DNA of 50,748 nt from Candidatus Aegiribacteria sp. (GTDB taxonomy: Bacteria > Fermentibacterota > Fermentibacteria > Fermentibacterales > JCC-6): positions 1 to 50,748 of the forward strand of contig JAWOBF010000038.1 of NCBI GenBank assembly GCA_046498225.1. Direction: 5' to 3'. The translations under genes were made by a program, and so were the position numbers. Positions 1 to 7,813 of this stretch are shown one piece after another (the stretch's first letter is position 1; every line of letters starts with the position of its first letter). The notes under the pieces were generated by a model that saw only the letters and a program-made list of their open reading frames with translations, was not told where the DNA came from and ran no database searches.

Positions 1-879
1 GCCCGTTATACTTTCAGGAAAGACTGGACTAATGCAGTTTGCTGGGATGTGGTTTACATCGGAGATCTGGGTCATGACGAAGAGGTGTATGCAACCTGTG
101 GCTGGTACATAGACAATGAAGACCCTCCAGTAATGTATGGCTTCGTCGAAATTGCTTATGGCAACACTGAAGTGAAGCTGATAGAGGATACAAGTACTGA
201 TGGGCAATGGACTGCTATCATTTATGACTCTTCCGAGAAACTTGTTGTACTGGGAGGATTTCAAGAGGATGATGTGGATGGATTCGGAGACATAAGGCTG
301 GGTTGTATTGACCTGACAAGCACACCCTATGAGATCGATGAACAGGAAGACTGGGGATCAGGAACTTACGAACTTACTGATGGACCTCTGGTTTTCGTGG
401 ATGACGGTCTCTACATACTTTTTGGTAACGGTACTAATGACTCTGGTGTGAAGGCTGTAGCTGCAACTTTCTGGGAATGGGATTCTGGTTCATTTCCCTC
501 CCTCCAATGGGAATATGGTGAGCTATATACAAATGACGACGAATTCGATGATTATGTGAATATCGGTGTGTTTGCAGCGACATACGATTCTTCATCTGAT
601 CCGGAACGAGTGATAATGATATTGAATGCTGTCTCAGATACTCATCCCCCTGTTCCTTACATTCTTGTGGCAAGTATTGAAGTAGATCCAGTTAACCATA
701 CTCTTGGGGACATGACGATGATTGCTGAGCTTGAAGTAGAACTTGAATCTGGTTATACCTCGGCTGGAGGGGCTGATTTCGTCTTTACAGACACCAGTCC
801 GGTTGAAGGGATCGGTGGTGGTCAAACGAACTCTACATCTGTTAAGAAATTCTGGATATTCAGAATCGAAGATAGCTGA
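1..879 (+). CDS. Hypothetical acidic protein, 5'-truncated by window edge
   Basis: Frame 1 is open from base 1 (ARYTFRKDW...) to TGA at 877-879. Very D/E-rich and beta-rich. Hand-counted lines are 24-25/60 GC, lower than the rest of the window. Confidence 0.75.
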   Translation, partial: ARYTFRKDWTNAVCWDVVYIGDLGHDEEVYATCGWYIDNEDPPVMYGFVEIAYGNTEVKLIEDTSTDGQWTAIIYDSSEKLVVLGGFQEDDVDGFGDIRLGCIDLTSTPYEIDEQEDWGSGTYELTDGPLVFVDDGLYILFGNGTNDSGVKAVAATFWEWDSGSFPSLQWEYGELYTNDDEFDDYVNIGVFAATYDSSSDPERVIMILNAVSDTHPPVPYILVASIEVDPVNHTLGDMTMIAELEVELESGYTSAGGADFVFTDTSPVEGIGGGQTNSTSVKKFWIFRIEDS

Positions 880-1059
880 AGCTCTATGAATTATTAATTG
901 AGAGTAGCTGTTTTATGTGCCTGATTCGGGAAAGTGGCCCATGGGTGGGGTAGAGCCTGCCCCTGTTAATGGTGTAGAGCCGGTAACCAAAAGGGGGGGG
1001 CGAGCGGGTATATAAGTGGCGCCTCAGACGAGGCCTCGTCTCGGTCATGAAACATGGAT

Positions 1060-1135
1060 TGGCGCCTCGACGAGGACTCGAACCTCGGACCTAGTGGTTA
1101 ACAGCCACCCGCTCTACCAACTGAGCTATCGAGGC
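1060..1135 (-). tRNA. tRNA-Asn(GTT)
   Basis: Reverse complement is GCCTCGA TA GCTC AGTTGGTA GAGC G GGTGG CT-GTT-AA CCACT AGGTC CGAGG TTCGAGT CCTCG TCGAGGC G CCA: full 76-nt cloverleaf, G discriminator, encoded CCA. Confidence 0.97.
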
Positions 1136-1153
1136 GCATTCCGATGGGAGGGG

Positions 1154-1182
1154 ATAATATGCTTCCCGGGGTATTTCGTCAA
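1154..1182 (-). promoter_or_regulatory. Sigma70-type promoter of tRNA-Asn
   Basis: Minus strand TTGACG-17 nt-TATTAT, ending 18 nt upstream of the tRNA 5' end. Confidence 0.75.
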
Positions 1183-1630
1183 GCTGTTAATGTTCCCGGG
1201 GATGCTCAAAGACCATTATGTCGGTCAGGAGAAGGCTGTTGCTTTTGAAAACACTATTGTCATCCACGCGACCGGACTGACGGGTCCCTACGGCTGCTGA
1301 ATGCCGATCGGCTCTGTTGTCTTCGAAGGGGTTGTCACCCGTATGGCAATGGTCTATAATCCCCGCAGTTCGCTGGAAGCCGTGAGCTTCGTTGGTTATT
1401 AGCTTGTACTGAAGAGGTTTCGTCATTTCTGATTCTTGTCCCGCCGTTTCATTTCTGAAGTCTTCTTACTATTTCGGAAGAAAACGATATAAAGTGTTAT
1501 GGTTTTCCGCATTCACGCGGAACGGCGCCGGGCCGTACCCCGGTTTTTCGGACCCCCGTGGAGGGGGTGTAGGAGCGGCTGTATTGCCGCATGGTACTTA
1601 GGGACGCATGTCCCGGGAACAGGAGTTCTT

Positions 1631-1885
1631 ATGAACAGGAAGCTTTTTGTTGGTGGATTACCCTGGGCCACGACCGATGAAGGTCTCTTGAAAGCGTTCG
1701 AGGAGTTCGGTGAGGTCGAGGAGGCGAACGTCGTCTGCGAGAGAGATACCGGACGCTCCAGGGGCTTTGGTTTCGTGACTTTTGTCAACCCTGAAGACGC
1801 GCAGACCGCCCAGGAGGCGATGCACGAGCAGGAGATCGAAGGGCGCCAGGTCAGAGTGGACTTCGCCCACACCAAGCCAAGGTAA
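1631..1885 (+). CDS. RNA-binding protein (single RRM domain)
   Basis: RNP2 KLFVGGL and RNP1 RGFGFVTF. AGGAG SD precedes ATG 1631; the ORF-track start at 1499 is probably too long. Confidence 0.95.
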   Translation: MNRKLFVGGLPWATTDEGLLKAFEEFGEVEEANVVCERDTGRSRGFGFVTFVNPEDAQTAQEAMHEQEIEGRQVRVDFAHTKPR

Positions 1886-1905
1886 CAGAAGCGCTATAGA
1901 TGAGC

Positions 1906-1934
1906 GGGGGAGGCCTGAGCGCCTCCCCCTTTCT
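1906..1934 (+). terminator. Intrinsic terminator after the RRM gene, between convergent genes
   Basis: Perfect 9-bp stem GGGGGAGGC/GCCTCCCCC with 6-nt loop, followed by TTTCT. Confidence 0.75.
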
Positions 1935-2730
1935 ACTGGAAATCCACCACGAAGATAAGGGGCCAGTTCTTTCCCGTAAGCAGAAAAGCCTCCCTGACCG
2001 GGTCCCAGGCTATTCCGTTGAGAACTCCCGCGGTGAATGTGTTGAGCATGAGCCTCAGCTGAGTCGCGTCGATCAGAGCGGTTACCGTTCCGTCCTCCGG
2101 GTCTATCCTGTAGACGTAATCCGAGTAGTACCTGTTGGCGTAGATGTAACCTCCGGCGTACTCCAGCTCGTTCAGCTGGCTCAGTCCCGCTCCGTTCATG
2201 GTGACGGTCATCTTTTCGAGGACGCTGAAGGTATCCAAATCCCTGAAACTGAGAGTGGAACTCCCGTCACTGGTAACAACTGTGCTGCCGTTGACCGAGC
2301 ATATGCCCCAGCCGTCGGTCTCGATGGTGCCTGCCACCTGAAGCACCGGCTGGTCCACGTCCCATTCCAGCACCAGGCCCGACCTCCATGTCAGCTGATA
2401 AACCATGTTACCCTCTACCGTGAGTCCCTCCCCGAACAGGGTGTCGGGAAGATGGTACACATCCAGTATGGAACCGTCCTCAGGGTCCAGTCTTCTCAGA
2501 GTGGAGGCGCCGTACTGGCCGGTGGATTCCCAGAGCACGCCATCGTGTATCTCCAGCCCCTGAGTGTAGGCGGCGGTGTCATGGGGAAGGGTTCCCAGCA
2601 CCTGGACCTGCAGTGTTTCCGGCGAAGAGCCGGGGCCTTCGGACGGATCGCCGGTCCGCTCGCATGATATGGCGCATAAAACGCCGAGAAGCGCGAAGAG
2701 CATTGCGGGGGACCGGCGTTCCGAACCCAC
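1933..2730 (-). CDS. Glutaminyl-peptide cyclotransferase (plant/Xanthomonas-type QC), probable lipoprotein
   Basis: Motifs HD..AYTQGL, WESTGQYG.S, FGEGLT, QLTW, LNELEY, VLNGIAWD, TGKNWP. Lipobox-like LCAISC. Alternative start ATG 2703. Confidence 0.92.
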   Translation of the reverse strand: MGSERRSPAMLFALLGVLCAISCERTGDPSEGPGSSPETLQVQVLGTLPHDTAAYTQGLEIHDGVLWESTGQYGASTLRRLDPEDGSILDVYHLPDTLFGEGLTVEGNMVYQLTWRSGLVLEWDVDQPVLQVAGTIETDGWGICSVNGSTVVTSDGSSTLSFRDLDTFSVLEKMTVTMNGAGLSQLNELEYAGGYIYANRYYSDYVYRIDPEDGTVTALIDATQLRLMLNTFTAGVLNGIAWDPVREAFLLTGKNWPLIFVVDFQ

Positions 2731-2735
2731 TCAGG

Positions 2736-3722
2736 TCAGTCCCTGGAGGAGGATGAGGATGAACTCGAGCCCCTGCTTCCGGAGGTGGTGTCCGTAGTGG
2801 TATCTCCACTGGACGTAGAACCTCTGCTCCCGCCGGTTGTGGAGGTATCATCGGGGGCAGGAACCGAACCGGATGCGTATTCCTCGAACCTGGCCGTCCG
2901 GGCCGGGTCCACCTGGTTCTGGGGCAGGGAAGCTATAAGCGTGTTTACCTCCGCCAGCCTGTCCTCCGGCGAGGGATGGGTCTGCCAGAAGCCCGGGCCT
3001 GACCTGGAATCGATCGCGCTCATCCTCTGAAGGACCGAAGCCAGAGCGCCGGGAGAGTAGCCGGTCCCGGCAAGGATGACTGCGGCAAGGCTGTCGGCCT
3101 GATACTCGGTATCCCGGCTGTAGCCCCTGGTGATGATATTGGAGACCACATCCTCCACAAGGTCGCCGTAATCGTCCGCCGCGGACTGGACCTCGCTGCT
3201 GCCCCACCTTTCGGCGGATTCCTCGGCCACCAGGGCTCCGAACTCCGTCCATCTTGCCTGGTCGATGGAGGAAACTCCGTGTTTCAGGGTTACATGGGCC
3301 ACTTCGTGGGCCAGTATGGCCGCGAGTTCGTCCTCGTTCTCCGCAAGGTCGGTAAGACCGGTGGTCACCAGAATAAGCCCGCCGGGACAGGCAATCGCAT
3401 TTATCTGGCTGCTGTTCAGCATCATGAAATGGTAACCGTTGTATATGGCGGGCTGGGGGGAGAAGCAGGCAACGCTCTGGCCCACGAGGTTCAGGTACTG
3501 CTGGCCCGCTGGGTCTTCCAGGGGCGAATACATGTTCAGAACGGTGGCCGCCACAGATCTTCCCAGGTAGTACTCCTCCACTTCGCTCATCTTGCTGCTG
3601 GCCCTGTGGAAGGACTCGGCGATGCTGAGAGCGCTCTGCACGTCGTCGTCCTCCAGGACATCGACCACGTCGTCCAGGCCGAATGCCAGTATTGCGGAGA
3701 TGGTCAGGGTCAGTAATGTCAT
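2736..3722 (-). CDS. Secreted M48-family zinc metalloprotease
   Basis: INAIACPGG, ELAAILAHEVAH (HExxH), EYQAD, THP..EDR. N-terminal signal peptide and S/T/G-rich tail. Confidence 0.92.
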   Translation of the reverse strand: MTLLTLTISAILAFGLDDVVDVLEDDDVQSALSIAESFHRASSKMSEVEEYYLGRSVAATVLNMYSPLEDPAGQQYLNLVGQSVACFSPQPAIYNGYHFMMLNSSQINAIACPGGLILVTTGLTDLAENEDELAAILAHEVAHVTLKHGVSSIDQARWTEFGALVAEESAERWGSSEVQSAADDYGDLVEDVVSNIITRGYSRDTEYQADSLAAVILAGTGYSPGALASVLQRMSAIDSRSGPGFWQTHPSPEDRLAEVNTLIASLPQNQVDPARTARFEEYASGSVPAPDDTSTTGGSRGSTSSGDTTTDTTSGSRGSSSSSSSSRD

Positions 3723-4249
3723 CTTCTACCTCCTCCGCTGGCGGACCCTCCGGTTGATGTGGCAGTTCCGGTATCCTCGATGAGGTTGCCTTCCAGCAGG
3801 AACTGGTAGAGTTCTTCTGCGGAGACTTTCCAGGACGTCTCCATTCGGTCGACCATGGAGAAATCAAGTTCCGGATTGTCCCCTGCGTAGGTCTCCTCGA
3901 TATCCTTGCTGAAGCCCCTGCCCGCGAGCATTATCTCGTCGGAGGTAACTTCGCCGGAGGCCGACGCCCCCTCTGAGGATGACTGGATGGCTCCGGTGAG
4001 CGCCGTACTGTGTATCCAGCCGCTGCTGTTCAGAGCGGTGGTTACCCTGTACCATTCACCCTGCACCTCATCTATCACGGCCAGGGTTCCGTAACTCACC
4101 GGCTGAGTGGGTGACGCGTAGAAGGCGGGCATGGGATACATGCACTGGTTCTGCACGGCTATTGCCACCTGATCACCTGGCTGTGGCGGCTCATCCTCCG
4201 CCGCGGCCAGAACTGTGAAGACCAGCAGCGGTATTACTATCAATCTCAT
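3719..4249 (-). CDS. Secreted SH3-domain protein
   Basis: Signal peptide; SH3b-like WYRV...GWIH; C-terminal LAGRGF...VDRME segment. Stop overlaps the M48 start; GGAGGT SD. Confidence 0.8.
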   Translation of the reverse strand: MRLIVIPLLVFTVLAAAEDEPPQPGDQVAIAVQNQCMYPMPAFYASPTQPVSYGTLAVIDEVQGEWYRVTTALNSSGWIHSTALTGAIQSSSEGASASGEVTSDEIMLAGRGFSKDIEETYAGDNPELDFSMVDRMETSWKVSAEELYQFLLEGNLIEDTGTATSTGGSASGGGRR

Positions 4250-4354
4250 ACGGTACCTCCGTTTCCTGAAAGAGCTCCTTCTTTATTGATGGCCTTCCTG
4301 TAAGTTGCGCGCTATGCAGGAATAGAATAGTATTATAAGCAAAGGGGGAGATGG

Positions 4355-6220
4355 ATGTTATTCCTGCTTCTGTCCGCCGTTTTACTTTCGGAAAGAGTCC
4401 CGGTGCCGGTAAGCAGGCCGGTTGAGAGTCCGGGGGGAGTTCCTCCCCCTCAGCTGCCGGTGGAAGTCGAGCTTCTGCCGCCTCCGCCGGGTCAGATGTA
4501 CGCCGAGGACCTGTGGAGGGTGCGGCTGTACAACTACTCGGACGAGATATTCTCGGTATACCTCTTCGTAACCATCGAGGAGGTTTCCCGGGGACTGCTC
4601 ATGGAAGCTACCACGGGCGTGTTCCTGCTTCCTCCCGGAAGCATGGTGCTCTCCTCGGTGGAACTTTCGCCTGTAAGCACCGAGTTCTACGACAGCGACT
4701 TCGAGAACAGCGTCGGCATCATGGGAGGGTTCCCGGACGGAACCTACACCGTAACCATCTACGTCTACGAGGACGGCGGAGGCCTGCTGGGCTCCGGGGG
4801 CATTACGCACAACGTGCAGAACCACTCCCCTCCGGAACTGATGCACCCGGCGGACGGGTCCGAGGTTGCGGAGCCCCTGCCACTGTTTACATGGCTGCCG
4901 GCGATACCCTCCGCGGGAATATCCTACAGCTTGAGAATAGTCGAAACACTTGCCGGGCAGTCACCCCACAGCGCTATAACGGCCAATCCGGCCTGGTTCA
5001 TGCTGGAGGGGCTGGAGAGTTCGGAACTGCTGTTTCCCGTCTACGCCGACCGTTTCCAGCGCGGCCGGCTCTACGCCTGGCAGGTGGAGGGTTTCTACCA
5101 GGGGGTCTCGGTCGGCGTCAGCGGAGTATGGACTTTCACTTATCAGTCCGAGGGACCGGGGCTGGAAGAGGGAACGGAATTGTGGAGCTTCGAGACGGGT
5201 GACAGGGTATACTGCAGCCCGGCCATCGCCCCTGACGGCAGCATCGTCTGCGGCAGCGACGACGGAAGCGTCTACTCCCTGGACGCCGCGGGAGAAGAAC
5301 AGTGGAGGTATACAGCTGGTGGACCGGTATTCGGCGTGACGGTGGATCCCGAAGGCAGGATATACGCCACCGGCAGCTTCGGGATCTGCTGCCTGGACGT
5401 TTCCGGTTTTCCACTCTGGAGGAATCCATTGAGCGGGAGAGTTACGGCGAATGCTCTGCTGCTGCCATCCGGAATTGTTTTCGCCGGGGCCGGCGGCGGA
5501 ATTTTCCACGCCCTGGACGGTTTTACCGGGGAAACGGTGGACACCCTTCATGCCGGAGGAGAGATATATCTGAGTGCGGCTGCGGACTCCGGGGGAAGGA
5601 TATACTTCGCCTGTGAGGACGGATCGCTCCACGGAGTTGAGTACGATGAGGGGTTCCACCGGCAGTGGGTTTTCCGCGTTGACGACGGTTTCACCGGCGG
5701 GCCTGTGCTGTTCGGCGGAAGGCTGTACGCCGCGGCGGGGAGTGAGGTGTTCTGCTTCAGCCGGGAGGGTGAGCAGCTCTGGAGGAGTTCAGTGTCTTCC
5801 CCTGTATACACCGGGCCCGTGGTCTCCTCCTCAGGCGTGGTTTTCGCCGGCACCGGCAGCGGCAACGTGTACGCCCTGAAGGCGGACACTGGAGAGAGGA
5901 CCGGAGTTGTGCCTGCTGGCGCGGCTGTCACGTCAACCCCCGCCATGACCGTTACCGGAGCCCTCGCGTTCGGCTGCGAGGACGGCCGGCTTCACAGCTA
6001 TTCACCTTCGGGTTTCAGCCTGTGGACTTTCCAGACGGGAGACCAGGTCAGGTCCAGCCCGGTCATTGGTATAGACGGAACCGTCTATTTCGGGAGCGAC
6101 GACCACAGGATCTACGCGGTATCCGGTTCCGGGGCCGGGCCCATGGCAGGCGGGTGGCCCCGCTTCTGCCTGAATTCCTTCAATAACCCTTCCCTGGCTG
6201 AGGAAAGCGGGGAAGAATGA
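4355..6220 (+). CDS. Secreted protein: Ig/FN3-like N-terminal region plus PQQ-like beta-propeller repeats
   Basis: Repeats such as SPAIAPDGSIVCGSDDGSVYSL and SSPVIGIDGTVYFGSDDHRIYAV; terminal WPRF. The N-terminal half has PPELMHP...LFTW...YAWQV, an FN3-like pattern. Confidence 0.8.
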   Translation: MLFLLLSAVLLSERVPVPVSRPVESPGGVPPPQLPVEVELLPPPPGQMYAEDLWRVRLYNYSDEIFSVYLFVTIEEVSRGLLMEATTGVFLLPPGSMVLSSVELSPVSTEFYDSDFENSVGIMGGFPDGTYTVTIYVYEDGGGLLGSGGITHNVQNHSPPELMHPADGSEVAEPLPLFTWLPAIPSAGISYSLRIVETLAGQSPHSAITANPAWFMLEGLESSELLFPVYADRFQRGRLYAWQVEGFYQGVSVGVSGVWTFTYQSEGPGLEEGTELWSFETGDRVYCSPAIAPDGSIVCGSDDGSVYSLDAAGEEQWRYTAGGPVFGVTVDPEGRIYATGSFGICCLDVSGFPLWRNPLSGRVTANALLLPSGIVFAGAGGGIFHALDGFTGETVDTLHAGGEIYLSAAADSGGRIYFACEDGSLHGVEYDEGFHRQWVFRVDDGFTGGPVLFGGRLYAAAGSEVFCFSREGEQLWRSSVSSPVYTGPVVSSSGVVFAGTGSGNVYALKADTGERTGVVPAGAAVTSTPAMTVTGALAFGCEDGRLHSYSPSGFSLWTFQTGDQVRSSPVIGIDGTVYFGSDDHRIYAVSGSGAGPMAGGWPRFCLNSFNNPSLAEESGEE

Positions 6221-7812
6221 GAAAGGCTCTTCTTGTTCCTGTTTTGCTTGCCGCTGCGGTTACGGCTGCGGGCGTAAACTTCTCCGGAAGTTCATCCTTC
6301 TTCTCACGGTTCTCCTCGGAGGAGAGCGGATGGAGCCAGATGCCGGGTGAATTCTGGCGATGGAGGTTCAACCCCGTGGTCGACGTCTACGGCGTACCGG
6401 TGGTGGCCAGCGTCTTCGTGTCCTCGGAGGAGAGCATGCAGCGTCAGAACATGAACAGGGTCTACATCTCCTCCTCACCCTCCGCCTCGGCCAGGGAGGA
6501 ATCGGTGCTGTCCTTCGTGTCCACCATCGGAGTGGGGGCTTTCAATCCCTACTTCTCCGACCTTACACTGAACGCCGCCAACATCAGCGGCGCCAACATA
6601 GCCCTGCAGCCGGGAAATTTTTATTTCGCGGTCGCGGGGGGGAGGAACAGGAGGGCGGTGGAGCCGGAGGACGGCAGTCCCGGCAGCTACCACCGGAACA
6701 TCTACGCCGTTCAGACCGGCCTGGGCTCCCCCTACGGGAGCCATCTCCATCTCATTCTTCTGACCGGGGAGGACCGGGACGGGTCCATCACCGAGGACAG
6801 CACATTCAGGGTCACTCCCTCGCAGAACCGGGTTGCTTCGCTGGACTGGGGAGCGGTCCTTGCAGGGGGAGCGTTCAGGCTCGAGGGGGAGGTGGCCGGT
6901 TCAATGTTCACCAGGGACACCCGGAGCCCGGAGGTGGATTCCGATCAGGTGCCGGACTGGCTCCTGGACCTCGCCGGTGTGAACGTGAGCAGCGGTTTCG
7001 GATGGGCTGCGGACCTCTCCTCCTCACTCCGGTTCTCGAACAACATGGTCTCGCTGGGCTTCAGCAGGGTGGAGCCCGGTTTCCGGAGCATGGGCTGTCC
7101 CTACCTGAGGAACGATGAGATGTCGGCCGAGGGAAGGTACGACAGGTTCTTCATGGAGAGGAAGCTGTACGCCGGTGTCTACTACCGCTGGGACAGGGAC
7201 AACCTTCAGGGCACCCGAAGCTCCACCACTACAGGCAATTCATGGGGTGTACGGGCGGGTATGTCCCTGCGGGGGCTGCCCAGGCTGAACCTGAGCTACT
7301 CCCCCTCGGCGGTGGAGGTGGACGACACCACCGGCACCAGGATAGAGACCTCCATGGTGTCCGTATCCGCCAGCTACCGCAGGGACATCATGGACCTGGA
7401 CGTGAACTCAATGCTTGCGCTGACGGTGCATGACAATTCCATGGGAAGCGGCAGCGCCGACTACGGTATGGTCAGCGGTACACTGAGGGAGACCGTATCG
7501 CTGGAATACCCGGTGGTGATAACGGGATGCCTCTCCGCGGGAAGGACCAGGAGGGATACTCTCCGCGAATGGAGCTATACGGGAGATCTGAGAGGTACAT
7601 GGTATCCGTCGGGAGACCTTTCCCTTACCCTTGGAGGGTACTGGTCGAGGAGCGACAGCGACCGAAGGTATGGAGCCCTGGCCGGCGGTGGTTTCCCTGT
7701 CCTGGACTGGCTAACCGCGGAGGTCTCCGGCGAGTACTCGAACTACGAGGCGGAACAGGAGCCGGACGGAACGGTCCTGGCGGGAGGCGCGGGCCTCACG
7801 GTGATTTGGTAG
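6217..7812 (+). CDS. Putative outer-membrane beta-barrel protein
   Basis: Signal peptide, amphipathic beta strands, C-terminal aromatic residue (GLTVIW). ATGA overlap with the upstream gene. Confidence 0.7.
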   Translation: MRKALLVPVLLAAAVTAAGVNFSGSSSFFSRFSSEESGWSQMPGEFWRWRFNPVVDVYGVPVVASVFVSSEESMQRQNMNRVYISSSPSASAREESVLSFVSTIGVGAFNPYFSDLTLNAANISGANIALQPGNFYFAVAGGRNRRAVEPEDGSPGSYHRNIYAVQTGLGSPYGSHLHLILLTGEDRDGSITEDSTFRVTPSQNRVASLDWGAVLAGGAFRLEGEVAGSMFTRDTRSPEVDSDQVPDWLLDLAGVNVSSGFGWAADLSSSLRFSNNMVSLGFSRVEPGFRSMGCPYLRNDEMSAEGRYDRFFMERKLYAGVYYRWDRDNLQGTRSSTTTGNSWGVRAGMSLRGLPRLNLSYSPSAVEVDDTTGTRIETSMVSVSASYRRDIMDLDVNSMLALTVHDNSMGSGSADYGMVSGTLRETVSLEYPVVITGCLSAGRTRRDTLREWSYTGDLRGTWYPSGDLSLTLGGYWSRSDSDRRYGALAGGGFPVLDWLTAEVSGEYSNYEAEQEPDGTVLAGGAGLTVIW

Positions 7813-7813
7813 G

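Noticed and set aside
993..1000. G8 homopolymer as a phase-variation tract
   Set aside because: It lies between convergent 3' ends, not in a CDS or evident promoter.
1016..1300. 94-aa plus-strand ORF
   Set aside because: Antisense to tRNA-Asn and its promoter; spurious.
1187..1426. 79-aa minus-strand ORF upstream of the tRNA
   Set aside because: No clear SD or recognisable motif. It cannot be excluded, but there is no support for calling it.
5161..6120. Repeats as a possible array or BamB gene
   Set aside because: These are degenerate protein-level PQQ-type blades within a CDS; there is no lipobox and there is an extra N-terminal region, so not BamB.
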